Shown here: positions 18,976 through 29,782 of the stretch, one piece after another
Layout: every line of letters starts with the position of its first letter
How positions within the stretch are numbered: position 1 is the first letter of the stretch
DNA from: a virus
Lineage: Duplodnaviria; Caudoviricetes
IMG/VR virus record: IMGVR_UViG_3300029288_000063
Coordinates: 64,001 to 128,000 of that record
Direction: 5' to 3' (one strand)
Length of the DNA stretch: 64,000 nucleotides
Program-made: the position numbers and the translations under genes
The notes under the pieces: model-generated
Database searches by the model: none
What the model saw: only the letters and a program-made list of their open reading frames with translations
What the model was told of the DNA's origin: nothing

Positions 18976-20807
18976 TGGGTCGTAAGCCAAAGCTTCCTGT
19001 CCGAGATTTTATGGAAGACCTTGCCAATTCATTTATCTCAGGGAATAATGGGGATGCTGTTGATATTATCACCTTTGTTCAAGCTCCTTGGGGTTTGAAT
19101 TTTGTTTTGCGTCCGGTTCAGATTTTCATTCTGAAGGCGTTGTATGGTCTGAAACTCAATGATACCGACAGGACGATTGAGGTTCCAGACGTTACAAACG
19201 ACAAGGTTCTCTATACGCTTTCGGAGACAGAGTTTCATCGCTGGCTGTTGGACGAAAAACGTTGCAACACGGCGGAGATTGGTGAGGGAAAATCGTTCCG
19301 AGAGTTGGTCTTAGTGATTGGAAGAAGAGGTGGCAAGTCGACCATTGCTTCGATTATTTCTGCATATGAGATGTATCGCCTTATCAAGCTTGGCGATCCG
19401 GCGAAGTATTATGGCCAGTTGCCGGACACTGTCATTTCGATTTGTAATGTTGCGCCGACAGACGATCAAGCGGATATCGTTTTCACGTCTATATTGAATA
19501 TGGCGTCCAAGTCTCTATGCATGCGAGATAGAGTTCTTAATCAGACCCAAACATATTTCAACTTAATGACTGATAAAGACGTGGCATCGTTTGGGAAAAA
19601 GAACGCCTCCATTGTTGTTGTCGCTGGTGGTTGTTCGTCTGGTGCGTTGCGTGGTCGAAGCAACATTGGTGTTATTATGGATGAGATGGCGTTCTTTCTC
19701 GACAACGGCGGACGTTTTGCCGGTGATGCTGTTTATAAGGCGTTAACGCCGTCTGTTGGCACATTTGGCAAAGACGGGAAAATCATTTGCATCTCGTCGC
19801 CGTATGCGAAATACGGTGCGTTCTACAATCGGTATGTGCAAAGCTTTGAGGAACAAGAAACAACGTTGATGCTTAAAATGTATACGTCGTTGGCCAACCC
19901 ATCCATTGACCCGGTGATTCTCAAGACAGAGCGTCGTCGTGATAAAATCAATTTTTTGTGTGAATTTGGCGGGGAGTTCTCCGACTCGGTCGTTGCGTGG
20001 ATTGACGATGAGACCACTTTCAAAAAGTGTGTTGTGCAGCGTCCGGCACCGACAAAGGGTGTTACAAACGAGCAATATTTTATGGGTGTAGACCTTTCGG
20101 CGAAGAACGACGGAACGGCAGTTGCCATTGTGCATCGGGACACCAAAACCAAGAAAATCATCCTCGATTACGCTGATGTTTGGTTTCCGGGCGAGTCCGA
20201 CGTGTGGGAGTCGAACGATTCCATATACAGAGAATGTACGCGTTATCAGAATTTGGAGTTTCTTCGTGTTGCTGATATAGCGCGTGATATTCAGGAGTTG
20301 AGTAAATGGTTCCCAATCAGGGATGGGTGGTTTGACTTGTGGTCTGGACATGCGTTGTTGGAACAACTGCATAACATCGGGATGAAACAGTTGCGCGTTG
20401 AGCAGGTAACGGACACATTGAACAGCAGTATTTATACGCTCCTGAAGTCTCTTTATATGGAGGGTATGGTTGAGCTGTTTGACCATCCTGTTTTGGTTCC
20501 TGAACTTCTGAGTTTGGAGGCGGAACACAAAGCGAAAAACAAGGTTAAGGTTCGTGCGCCGAACAAGCGTGGGGCGCATGATGATATCTCTGATGCGTAT
20601 GCCCGTGCAGTCTGGGCGTGCTTCAATTGGGACCAAGACCGCCAAGTAAACCGCACTGTTGTTGCTGGTGGTTTGTCGCCGGTTGATGTCAGTGGACAAT
20701 CGTTCAACATGCACCGTATTAGTAAGTTACGGAGTCATGGAATGGGTTCGCGAGATATGGCGTCAATGTCTATGAGTGGAAGAGCGTCCTTGAAGAGGGG
20801 TAGGTAA
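18975..20807 (+). CDS. terL: terminase large subunit
   Basis: Walker A GRRGGKS, Walker B VIMDE, coupling motif ISSP, nuclease GVDLS and HDDISDA. Confidence 0.9.
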   Translation: MGRKPKLPVRDFMEDLANSFISGNNGDAVDIITFVQAPWGLNFVLRPVQIFILKALYGLKLNDTDRTIEVPDVTNDKVLYTLSETEFHRWLLDEKRCNTAEIGEGKSFRELVLVIGRRGGKSTIASIISAYEMYRLIKLGDPAKYYGQLPDTVISICNVAPTDDQADIVFTSILNMASKSLCMRDRVLNQTQTYFNLMTDKDVASFGKKNASIVVVAGGCSSGALRGRSNIGVIMDEMAFFLDNGGRFAGDAVYKALTPSVGTFGKDGKIICISSPYAKYGAFYNRYVQSFEEQETTLMLKMYTSLANPSIDPVILKTERRRDKINFLCEFGGEFSDSVVAWIDDETTFKKCVVQRPAPTKGVTNEQYFMGVDLSAKNDGTAVAIVHRDTKTKKIILDYADVWFPGESDVWESNDSIYRECTRYQNLEFLRVADIARDIQELSKWFPIRDGWFDLWSGHALLEQLHNIGMKQLRVEQVTDTLNSSIYTLLKSLYMEGMVELFDHPVLVPELLSLEAEHKAKNKVKVRAPNKRGAHDDISDAYARAVWACFNWDQDRQVNRTVVAGGLSPVDVSGQSFNMHRISKLRSHGMGSRDMASMSMSGRASLKRGR

Positions 20808-21785
20808 ATGTTGCGTCGCGGACAGTTGTTGACGAACCCAATTCATGAAGTCAATCACGGAACGACGGCAATAGAACGTATCGTGTCGGGTGCGTTGTTT
20901 GATTTCATCGGTATGCTAACCACACTGGAAGAACCAATTGTTTTGAGTGAACGTCACAACCCGACCCGTTTGGTTGATATGTTGGTGGATTGGGCATATA
21001 ACAAACGTGGTCTGAACACCTTTGACGCGGACGTTTATGGGTGGCAGGACAAAATTCACGTCGCACATGAATTGGTACGTGTTGCGCGTATTTTGTCAGG
21101 TGAAGAGGAAGATGTCAAAGCCGAAAAAAAACGTGCGGAAAAGAAGGTCAGGGCTGTGAAGACTCTGGCTGAAAACATTACCCGTCTTCGTCACAACGTA
21201 ACCCGTGACTTACAGAGTGATGACGAACGTACCCGGATGACTGCCCTTGCTATCGCCCTGATGGATAAGACTGCGGAACGTGTTGGGAATGACGAGTCTG
21301 CACAGAACGGTCATGTGGGTGTGACTGGCTTCAAGAAGAAGCATATTTCTACAGATGGCAACCGGGTGCTTTTGAAGTATATTGGGAAGTCCGGTGTGGA
21401 ACATGAGAAGTCTTTTTCTGATAAGCGTATCTCGGACATAATTCGTGGTCGTCTTGAGCGTTGCACCCCGAATGACTTTTTGTTGTCGTGTTCTGATGGG
21501 TACAAGGTTCGTGCCGACCGAGTCAACCGGTACTTGGAAGACTTCGGAATTACAGCCAAGGACATTCGTGGGTATTCTGCCAATCGTCTGATGATTGAGG
21601 CTTTGCAGCGTCAGAGTGGCTCTCAAGAAGAGGATGAGCGAAAGAAGGTTTTTCTTTCCGTTCTGAAGCGTGTTGCCGAAGCGGTCGGACATGGTCCGCA
21701 GATGCTTCGTAATAGCTATTTGATTCCGTCTTTAGAGACGTCGTGGGTTAAGCAGGGGAAAATTATCAAGCTGACCGAAGAATAG
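20808..21785 (+). CDS. DNA topoisomerase IB with N-terminal extension
   Basis: ERVGN, YIGKSG, TAKDIR, VGH, catalytic SY. Confidence 0.85.
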   Translation: MLRRGQLLTNPIHEVNHGTTAIERIVSGALFDFIGMLTTLEEPIVLSERHNPTRLVDMLVDWAYNKRGLNTFDADVYGWQDKIHVAHELVRVARILSGEEEDVKAEKKRAEKKVRAVKTLAENITRLRHNVTRDLQSDDERTRMTALAIALMDKTAERVGNDESAQNGHVGVTGFKKKHISTDGNRVLLKYIGKSGVEHEKSFSDKRISDIIRGRLERCTPNDFLLSCSDGYKVRADRVNRYLEDFGITAKDIRGYSANRLMIEALQRQSGSQEEDERKKVFLSVLKRVAEAVGHGPQMLRNSYLIPSLETSWVKQGKIIKLTEE

Positions 21786-21796
21786 CGGGGTGATAT

Positions 21797-22417
21797 ATGG
21801 GTGATTCTGTTTATGTGATGGGTGGTCAGTTGAAGGTTCCTGTTGAACCTGTTGGTAGTTTAGCCGTTGAAGGTTGGCTGCCGGGAACATTTGTGAAACT
21901 GATTTCTTCGTCGGCGTCTGTCTACAGTGGTGCCATTGCGTGTGTTGACCGTTCTGACGGAACGGGAACCATAGCTGGATTGTTGATTACAGGTCCGCAG
22001 CACAATCAGCCTGTTGAAAAACTGAGCGACATGTGGACGACTGACACAAGGATGCGTCCCGGAGGAGAAACACGTTCTGACTGGACGGCTATTGATGCTT
22101 CCGCATCAATTCAAATTGACTCAGATAAAATGGTTGGGAGGATTGGCTCAGCCATTGTTACTATGGCTGGTGGTTCGGATGGTCTTTTCAAGACGTATGT
22201 GTATGAAAAGAAAGACCTTGCCGAGAGAACCACACCCGGAACTGGGTCTGTGTTGACGTATAATGCCGGTGACAACTTGTATGTGAGCAATCGTGGACTT
22301 TTGACGAAAGAGATTGAGTCACCAGACCATGTGTTTTTGGGGTATGCGGTTTACCGTGCCGGGCGTGACCAAGAAGGTGATTTTGTTATTTTCGGTACGG
22401 TTATGGCTTTTGGTTAA
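21797..22417 (+). CDS. decoration-protein paralog
   Basis: YNAGDNLYVSNRGLLTKE resembles YAVGQKLYASDAGLLTNE of 35913-36419. Confidence 0.55.
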   Translation: MGDSVYVMGGQLKVPVEPVGSLAVEGWLPGTFVKLISSSASVYSGAIACVDRSDGTGTIAGLLITGPQHNQPVEKLSDMWTTDTRMRPGGETRSDWTAIDASASIQIDSDKMVGRIGSAIVTMAGGSDGLFKTYVYEKKDLAERTTPGTGSVLTYNAGDNLYVSNRGLLTKEIESPDHVFLGYAVYRAGRDQEGDFVIFGTVMAFG

Positions 22418-22437
22418 CTTCCGGAAAGGGAGACAAT

Positions 22438-22953
22438 ATGGATGGTGATGTTAAAAGGTCCAAAAGGGTTGATATTCCTGCCTCGGCAATAGAGGCTATG
22501 AAAATGGCCTCGCGTCATATGGACGAGCAGGACAGGGAAAAAGAAGGTCTGCCGCCCGACCTTCCGAAAGGTCACCCGGCGATTCGTGCCATGATGTCAC
22601 AGCGTCATCGTGAGTCGATGGGTGCGTCTAAAGAAAAGCCACAAAAGAAACAACAGAAAAAGCAGGCATCTGTTGATGCCGGTCAAAAGGAAAAGGTCAA
22701 GAGGTGTGTTGACCTGATTGGTTCAATCTCTGAACGGTCTGTCGCTGTAGACAAGTCACTGCGTGAACTATATGAAGCCTCTGTTGAGGCTTCAGAGTTG
22801 ATGAGTGATAATCCATCCATGCGCGTGCGTCTTGGACGTCTTGGTCGGATGATATTTTCTTTTCACGCCGTTCTGCGGGATTGTTGTGGGCCGCTTCAGC
22901 ATGTTGCCCAGCAGATGCAACAGAATCCTGACAGTATGAAGTCGGAGGAATAA
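22438..22953 (+). CDS. hypothetical protein
   Basis: GGAG SD. Confidence 0.6.
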   Translation: MDGDVKRSKRVDIPASAIEAMKMASRHMDEQDREKEGLPPDLPKGHPAIRAMMSQRHRESMGASKEKPQKKQQKKQASVDAGQKEKVKRCVDLIGSISERSVAVDKSLRELYEASVEASELMSDNPSMRVRLGRLGRMIFSFHAVLRDCCGPLQHVAQQMQQNPDSMKSEE

Positions 22954-22956
22954 CAC

Positions 22957-25900
22957 ATGGCCAAGCGGAAAGTAAGCGCGAAATCCGAACCGGTTGTTGC
23001 CGCCTCGAAAGACGGCATTATACGTGTGCCAGTAACGAGTGCGTCGGCACGGACAGGTAAGGTTGACCCGGTGAAAACGAAGATTGCCGCGAAGCAGGAG
23101 CGGTTCCAGCGTATCGCGTCCGGCGTTGCAAATGGGATGTATCGTGAGGCAGGCATGATGATGTCCACCTCGCCGAATGCAACCGGCACGTGGGGTTCAG
23201 GTAGCCTTCCTGCGTTCCGAACGTCCTATGCGTCGGGAAACACGATGGTCGGAGGTGGAACGACAGATATTCCGCCGTACTTCCAAATCATGAACGACAA
23301 AAACGGCGGGTTGATTTACTGGCCGGTATCGTTGCGTGAGAAGTATGAGTGGTATCGATATTGGGCGAGGTGCTTCACAAACCCCAACGTCATGATTACA
23401 CGAGAAGATGGAACAGAAGCACCGCTGTGCTCTTTCAAAAAGGGTGATCGGGTTATCAACGGAATCGGCGGGGTTACTGAGGTTTCAGAGGTAACGACTC
23501 AAAAATATGAGGGTGCTGTTGTTCGCCTTGATGTCGAGGCTAATCGGTGGAACGATATTGAGACGACACCAGAACATCCATTTTTTGTTCTTCGTTCTGA
23601 GAATGTTTGTCGGCACCACAACCGGATTACAGACGAGGACGGTGTGGAGCATCGCAAGACGAGCGTTGAGATTAACTTTTTGCCGGAGTGGGTTGAGGCG
23701 AAGGATATTCGTGTTGGGGATATGTTGATTGTTCCTTCAACGAGTAAATCCTTCGAGTCAGTTATGTCTGTTGAGCGTGCGAGGCTTGTTGGTTATTATG
23801 CGGCAGAGGGCAATGTAAACTTTGATCGAAACGGAGAACCAGAAGCTGTCACGTGGAGCCTTGGGACTCACGAGGACGATTTGATCGAAGAGATAAAGAG
23901 CCTGTGCGTTACAGAGCTTGGTTGTGTTCCTTCCACTTACAATTACCCAGAACGTGAGTCTTGTACCTCTCTGAGGGTGTGGGATAGGGAATTTGCAAAA
24001 TGGGTCGTTGAAAACTGCGGGGTTGGTTCTCATTCCAAGAAGTTTTCTCGGCTCATTTTTGAGGCGGACGATGAGACTGTTCGCCATATTGTTGGCTGCT
24101 GGTTGAACGGTGATGGAAATCGGGACGATGCGGAGGCTGAAGGTCAGGTTGATGGGACAACCTGTTCGTTTGATATGGCAAACCAATTGTTCCTGATGAT
24201 GGTGCGAGTTGGACTTGCGCCAGCTAAAAGGGTGAAAGATGTGACGGTTTTTGGTTGCGGAGAGAAGTCTGGAAACAAGGCTTGTCGAATCTTTTTGCCT
24301 CCGATGTTTGCCAACAAGATCGTTGAGTACTTCAAGTGGGATGGGTGTGTGAAGTCTCATCGTCATCGAAAGTACAACCACGATGGGAACATGTTGTTGC
24401 CAGTTCGAGGGATAAAGCTTCGTGAGTTTTCTGGTGTTATTTGGAACCTCTCAACGAGTGGCTCTTCGTACGAAGAACGCACTTTCTTGGTTCACGGGAT
24501 GGTCACCCACAACACTGACGCCTTTATTGGGCGCGGGTTGGAGCTTCTGGCCGACCTTCCAATGTCACGCATCTCTTTAAACATGCCGAAGATGGAGAAG
24601 AAGCCCAAAAAGCTCCGCGATGAGATTTACGCCTTCTTCACGGGGATGTGCGAGAACATCGGGCTGTTTCGCAGGTTGCAGGAAAACCTGTGGGAGTACA
24701 ACCTGATTGGGAACGTGTACATCTATCACGAATGGAACAGCAAGCGCAAGATGTGGGAGCGCATCGTGACGTTGCCGCCTGAAGAGGTGAGTGTTTTTCA
24801 GTATCCTTTCCAAGACAACGCTCGCGTTGAATACCGTCCGGAGGCACTCATGCGGGTTGTTCAAGCCGCAGATGCTGGCAATATGGATGGTGATGATATC
24901 TCTCAAAGAATATTTGCCGGTATTCCGAAGGATGTCGCAGAGATGATTCGTGGGCAGGGATGCGTGATCTTTGATAGCTCACCTATTATTGATAGCAAGG
25001 TTGGGTCGTTTGTTTACCATATGGCAAGGCGTCGGTCGCCATATCTTGACCTCGGGGCTTCTGTGTTGGAGCGTGTTCTTGTTCCAATGCTGATGAAGGA
25101 GCACTTCCGCTATACCCAGCTTGGTTTGGCGTCGCGTAATATGACTCCGAAAAATAAGGTTTCCGCTCCGGGGTTGACACAGCCTGAGCTTGACGACCTT
25201 CGGATGCAGATGGATTTGTCCTATATGGACCCCGATTATTCCATCGTGACCAACTACGATTGGGACTGGGAACAGATTGGTGCCGACGGACGTTTGCTTG
25301 ATTTGCAGGGCGAATATGAAGCTATTGAAAATCAGGTGTTTTCGGCTATGGGTGTGACACGTGAATTGATGACGGGTGAAGGCTCGTGGTCAGGCAACCG
25401 CGTCACCATCGAGATTATCAACACAATGTTCCTCCTGACCCGTGAGATGCTTCGTGAGTATGTAGAGAACTTTTTGTTTCGCCCTGTAGCCATTGCACAT
25501 GGATGGTATGAAGAGGACAAGAATGGTGTCAGGGAATACTGGTATCCGAAGCTTGGGTTCAATCGCCTGTCAATTCGTGATAATTCGGAAGTTTTTGACA
25601 GTCTCTTCCAGCTCTACATGAAGGGTTCTGTCCCGGTCGATGTTATGTACGAGCTGTTCAACCTCGACCCGGAAGCCATGCATGAAAAAATGCACTCTGA
25701 TGTGTTTACGTTGAAAGATTCAACATTCAACCGGCTTCTGGAAGAGGTCAACTTTTCTGTTGGTCAAAAAATTGTTGAATCGACTGACGTTATGCAGAGG
25801 GTTGCTGATTACCTTGGTTTGAAGGTTTCGGACAATCCTCCTGCCAGTGATGAAGATGGTGGATTCGGCGGTGGTGGGTTTGATGGTGGCTTTGAATCCG

Positions 25901-26037
25901 GTGGGGGTGAAGAACAGCCGGAGACCCAAGAAGAATCCGCCCCCGAGGAAAGTGCGAGTGAGCCGGATGAGGAGTCTGTCGGTCTTGATGACTTGTCGAG
26001 CTTGTCGGATGTTTTGCTTGATAATAACGAGGAGTGA
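22957..26037 (+). CDS. portal protein containing an intein
   Basis: Lies between terL and protease; EYNLIGNVY, YH.AR.RSPY..G.S motifs; about 645 aa after splicing. Confidence 0.75.
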   Translation: MAKRKVSAKSEPVVAASKDGIIRVPVTSASARTGKVDPVKTKIAAKQERFQRIASGVANGMYREAGMMMSTSPNATGTWGSGSLPAFRTSYASGNTMVGGGTTDIPPYFQIMNDKNGGLIYWPVSLREKYEWYRYWARCFTNPNVMITREDGTEAPLCSFKKGDRVINGIGGVTEVSEVTTQKYEGAVVRLDVEANRWNDIETTPEHPFFVLRSENVCRHHNRITDEDGVEHRKTSVEINFLPEWVEAKDIRVGDMLIVPSTSKSFESVMSVERARLVGYYAAEGNVNFDRNGEPEAVTWSLGTHEDDLIEEIKSLCVTELGCVPSTYNYPERESCTSLRVWDREFAKWVVENCGVGSHSKKFSRLIFEADDETVRHIVGCWLNGDGNRDDAEAEGQVDGTTCSFDMANQLFLMMVRVGLAPAKRVKDVTVFGCGEKSGNKACRIFLPPMFANKIVEYFKWDGCVKSHRHRKYNHDGNMLLPVRGIKLREFSGVIWNLSTSGSSYEERTFLVHGMVTHNTDAFIGRGLELLADLPMSRISLNMPKMEKKPKKLRDEIYAFFTGMCENIGLFRRLQENLWEYNLIGNVYIYHEWNSKRKMWERIVTLPPEEVSVFQYPFQDNARVEYRPEALMRVVQAADAGNMDGDDISQRIFAGIPKDVAEMIRGQGCVIFDSSPIIDSKVGSFVYHMARRRSPYLDLGASVLERVLVPMLMKEHFRYTQLGLASRNMTPKNKVSAPGLTQPELDDLRMQMDLSYMDPDYSIVTNYDWDWEQIGADGRLLDLQGEYEAIENQVFSAMGVTRELMTGEGSWSGNRVTIEIINTMFLLTREMLREYVENFLFRPVAIAHGWYEEDKNGVREYWYPKLGFNRLSIRDNSEVFDSLFQLYMKGSVPVDVMYELFNLDPEAMHEKMHSDVFTLKDSTFNRLLEEVNFSVGQKIVESTDVMQRVADYLGLKVSDNPPASDEDGGFGGGGFDGGFESGGGEEQPETQEESAPEESASEPDEESVGLDDLSSLSDVLLDNNEE
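23371..24513 (+). mobile_element. intein with LAGLIDADG homing endonuclease (381 aa)
   Basis: Begins CFT, block B TPEHPF, LVGYYAAEG and IVGCWLNGDG, ends THN followed by Thr. Confidence 0.92.
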
Positions 26038-28004
26038 CAATGTTTAGCTCTGTGTCGGTTGACAGCATGATTCGTGCCGAGATTGAAGCGGTGCGAATTG
26101 CCCAAAACCCTTTCGCGGAAGGCGTCTTGATTGAGGCGCGTTCGGTTGTTGCGCAGGGTGGTGTTGACCTTGATACGGAAATCACTGAGGAAAACCTTGA
26201 CGACGTTATCAAGAAGATGACGGAGTTTGCCGGTAACGTGGACGTCGAGCTTTCAGAAGACGACGTATCAGACGAATCTGAGAAGCCAGAAAAACCCGCA
26301 AAGACCGAGAAATCCGAACCATCTCCAGAAGTAGAGAGTTCAGCCATTGACCCGCTGGATGTTGCAAGTCGAGCTGTGGATATGGTTTTGGAGATTCTGA
26401 AAACACCTTCCACCCGAGTGGCGTCTGCCGTTGCAGATGTTGTGTTGGCGACTGAGCTTATTGAGTCGAAATCGTCGGAGAAGTCAAAACAATGGTTCCG
26501 TAGTCTTTCGGATGAGGCACAGAAGAGTTTCTGTGAACGTTCCCCGGACTCTGAGTTGTGTGGAGGCAACGGAGCCGGGAAGAAGCAGAAGTCAGAAAAG
26601 CCATCAAAACAACAAAAAACTCCCGAGGAGCAACCTCAACAAGCTCCGGAACCCGTTTCACAAGACGGTATTCATCCAAGTCAGTTGGGTGATGGTCCGT
26701 TTGATTTTGAGTCCCGGAAGGAAAAGCCGCTCTCTGAAAAACAGCACAAGAAGATCATGGATGGTGGCGGCGTTGCTCTGATTCTGTCACAAATGAGAAA
26801 CGAATTCCAAAGGGCAGGTCAGGGTGCGATTTTTGACAAACGAATCGGACAGGGTGTTTTGTCGCAGGGTGACGTGACGTCCATTCAGAAGGCAGTCATG
26901 GATTCGTCGGAAGGTAATAAGTACGACCCTGAAAAGGCTTTGAAGGCTGTTACAGCCTATCTGTTTAAGCCCGCCGGTGATGCTCAAAAACCGACAAAGA
27001 AAAAACCTGTAAAGGAAGCTCCGGTCGAAAAGACGGAGACTCCGATTAAGGAATCACCGTCAGAGAAAACAGAAACCCCGACCGAGAAGGCTCCTGAAAA
27101 GAAAGAGGAGCCGAAAAAGACTGAGTCGCCATATGGTGACGCGAAGTCACAGGGACAACATGAACTTGTGTCCAAGGACAACCCCCTGAACTTTTCGGAT
27201 AAGGATGGGATGAAGTCTCGTGGTTTTCGTGAGCCGAAGCCGGGTAGTCCAAATTTATCGGACGAATCGGTACTCATCAATCCGAATTCCGGAGAAAAGT
27301 TCCGATTCGGTGACTTGCCGAAGCAGACTCAAGAAAAAATCCGGCAGATAGTCGAGAAAAAGGGCGCATGGCTTGCCCCCAAAAAGCAGTCTGAACCGAA
27401 GAAGGAAGAAAAGCCCGAGGAACCCAAAAGCGAGAAGCCGGAAGAAAAACCGGAATCTTCTGCCGGTGATGTTTTGTCAGAGACGAAGTCTAAGTCTGTC
27501 GGGAAGTCATTGGCCAAGTCTGTTGCGAAGTCGATTGGGAAGAACGTTGGTGGTTTTGCGAAGGCCGTCAAGAAGTTCATCAAAAAGACGGACGCCGCGT
27601 TTATCAAGAAATATGTCGGGACGAAGAAAACAGTGCGTGAACTTTTGCGGGATGTGATTGATAGTGCGAAAGAGTCATATGCCGATTCAGAGGCAAAGAC
27701 GTCGTCTGTTAAGACAGCCTCGGTTGTTGATGAGTTGGTTGTTGCAATGATTGCCGATAGGATTGTTTTGGCTGCCCGTGGGCTTCAGGTAAGGCGTAAG
27801 GACAAAGACCTGATGCGTGATACCGGCGGAACATCGAAGAACAGACCGAGACAGCCGTTGGACAAACCTCCGCGTGATGACCTCCGTAACCGTTTGTCGC
27901 CCAAACGGAAGCCGTCGTCCGACAAGGACAAAGATACAGATTTGAATCCGGATAAAAAGGCCGGAGAGGAAGATGACAACGAAGAAGCCATGATTTTGAT
28001 GTAG
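26034..28004 (+). CDS. large low-complexity K/E/P-rich protein (possible head-internal protein)
   Basis: 656 aa ORF in the head module. Confidence 0.65.
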   Translation: MTMFSSVSVDSMIRAEIEAVRIAQNPFAEGVLIEARSVVAQGGVDLDTEITEENLDDVIKKMTEFAGNVDVELSEDDVSDESEKPEKPAKTEKSEPSPEVESSAIDPLDVASRAVDMVLEILKTPSTRVASAVADVVLATELIESKSSEKSKQWFRSLSDEAQKSFCERSPDSELCGGNGAGKKQKSEKPSKQQKTPEEQPQQAPEPVSQDGIHPSQLGDGPFDFESRKEKPLSEKQHKKIMDGGGVALILSQMRNEFQRAGQGAIFDKRIGQGVLSQGDVTSIQKAVMDSSEGNKYDPEKALKAVTAYLFKPAGDAQKPTKKKPVKEAPVEKTETPIKESPSEKTETPTEKAPEKKEEPKKTESPYGDAKSQGQHELVSKDNPLNFSDKDGMKSRGFREPKPGSPNLSDESVLINPNSGEKFRFGDLPKQTQEKIRQIVEKKGAWLAPKKQSEPKKEEKPEEPKSEKPEEKPESSAGDVLSETKSKSVGKSLAKSVAKSIGKNVGGFAKAVKKFIKKTDAAFIKKYVGTKKTVRELLRDVIDSAKESYADSEAKTSSVKTASVVDELVVAMIADRIVLAARGLQVRRKDKDLMRDTGGTSKNRPRQPLDKPPRDDLRNRLSPKRKPSSDKDKDTDLNPDKKAGEEDDNEEAMILM

Positions 28005-28012
28005 GAGATTTT

Positions 28013-28291
28013 ATGAACTCAGAAAGGCTCGCTCACATGGTAGACAGGGTTGCGGGTTTGGAAGATGCCCCCGGTGGTACGAAAGATCCCGTGGAGGTTG
28101 TTGACGAATCTGTGGACAACATTATTGCCGCCATAGAGGCAATCGGCGAAGCCTTGCCTCAGGTTGACGTGTCATCTGCCGAGGAATCTGCGGCTGTTGA
28201 GAAAATAAAAGACCTGATGGAAACGGCAATCGCCCCGTATATGGTTGATGTTGCGAAGGCTATGGATGTGTTTGTTGGTAGCGAAGAGTAG
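28013..28291 (+). CDS. hypothetical acidic protein
   Basis: AGGAG SD. Confidence 0.65.
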   Translation: MNSERLAHMVDRVAGLEDAPGGTKDPVEVVDESVDNIIAAIEAIGEALPQVDVSSAEESAAVEKIKDLMETAIAPYMVDVAKAMDVFVGSEE

Positions 28292-28364
28292 CGGGTTTAA
28301 AATATTTTATATCTGCTAATAGTTATGTGGAGAATGTATCACCAACTACAAAAGGAGAGACAAG

Positions 28365-28586
28365 ATGGGTACTTATAGGAAAAATCCCGATTTGAAGTCT
28401 GACGAAGAACTCTTGGCATCACAAACTGCTGGTGGAATCCGTGTTTATGAAGGTCCAAGAGTCGTCGATATTCGCCGTGCGAATGGTGGTGGAGCGTATA
28501 AGGTTATTGGTCGTGCGTCTGCTAATACTGGTGTTGCCATGTCGCATCAGGATTCTGCGTTGATTCGGCGTAAGCCCGGAGAGTGA
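28365..28586 (+). CDS. hypothetical protein
   Basis: AGGAG SD after an AT-rich motif. Confidence 0.6.
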   Translation: MGTYRKNPDLKSDEELLASQTAGGIRVYEGPRVVDIRRANGGGAYKVIGRASANTGVAMSHQDSALIRRKPGE

Positions 28587-28656
28587 CTCCGGGCTACGGT
28601 ATGTTGTTGTTTTGTATCAAGATACAGTGTCCGCACAGATTATAAGGTAGAAAACC

Positions 28657-29451
28657 ATGAAACGTCGTGTTGCTAAAGAAATCCTTCGCATAGCGAAGTC
28701 CATCGTGTCTGGTGCATCTGAGTTTTCCGTGCTTATTCACGAGTCTGATGCCAAGAAGGCATTTGATAAGGCGGTTTCATATGCGCAGTACGATGCAGGT
28801 CATGGTGGGTATACCGGAACGATTGCAGAGAAGGCCGGGTATGGTTTCAAAATCGTATCTGAACCTGTGCCGCCCTCCGTTGCTAAATCAATAGCGCGTG
28901 AAAAGATGGACGACAACGACAAGTGGGGTCCTGCGTTTGCCATTCCGGTTACAGATGATTATGAGGTCAAGATTGTTCCTGTGAAGTTGAAAGTCGAGGC
29001 GGATTCATCTGAGGACGCCGTGAAGTTGGTCTTTCAGAAGATTCAAGAGAAGTATCGTAAGTTTGAAGTGTCGTGGAAAGAAAAACCACAAACCACTGTG
29101 TTGAAACCGACTCGTTGGGACATAAAGGTGACGAAGAAAACAGCACCCAAGTTGGTGCCAGAGTTTGGATTCACACTGGACCGGCCGTTTCGTGGTTCCA
29201 AAAACATGAGGACACCCAAGGAAGCAATTGATGGGGCGAAGCGCCTCATTGAAGAGTTGGTGAAGGGTGGTGGTGAGCTTCCGGAATCTGTGAAGTTTTT
29301 TGTGTCGGCTCGTCCTGTTGAGTTTATGCTTGGAGAGGTTTCCAACAAGGGCGGAAAGAAGTCAACCTTTGAGGTGGTGGGTAATGTTTCTGTCTTGTTG
29401 AAGTCGAATCTCGTGAAGAGCTATTTGTTCTTTGGTTTGGCCGCTGACTGA
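28657..29451 (+). CDS. hypothetical protein with shared helix motif
   Basis: VAKEILRIAKSIVSG; GHGGYTGTIAEK. Confidence 0.7.
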   Translation: MKRRVAKEILRIAKSIVSGASEFSVLIHESDAKKAFDKAVSYAQYDAGHGGYTGTIAEKAGYGFKIVSEPVPPSVAKSIAREKMDDNDKWGPAFAIPVTDDYEVKIVPVKLKVEADSSEDAVKLVFQKIQEKYRKFEVSWKEKPQTTVLKPTRWDIKVTKKTAPKLVPEFGFTLDRPFRGSKNMRTPKEAIDGAKRLIEELVKGGGELPESVKFFVSARPVEFMLGEVSNKGGKKSTFEVVGNVSVLLKSNLVKSYLFFGLAAD

Positions 29452-29458
29452 GGTTTGT

Positions 29459-29782
29459 ATGGCACTATCATTTCCATACCCTGTGTCCGGTGGTGAGGTG
29501 CGCGATGCCGGAAATGGCTGCATCGCGTCGTGTGTCCATCGTATGTATTGTCCGGCTTTTTATTGGTTGGCGCGTTATCAAAACCGGCAAGACATTCGGT
29601 CGTCATCGTTGGGAACGAATTGTGCGGCGTGGTCCGACAACCCGGCTGACCGCATAATTGGAAACACCCCGGATGATATTGCCCAAAACGAGCGTCTGAA
29701 TGACGATGGTATTTTGACAGAGACAGATACCGGTGGAATAATAGAGCCAGTAACCGGCGGGCGTTGGCGGGACGAATCGTGA
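29459..29782 (+). CDS. hypothetical Cys-containing protein
   Basis: GAGG SD; CxxCxH. Confidence 0.55.
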   Translation: MALSFPYPVSGGEVRDAGNGCIASCVHRMYCPAFYWLARYQNRQDIRSSSLGTNCAAWSDNPADRIIGNTPDDIAQNERLNDDGILTETDTGGIIEPVTGGRWRDES

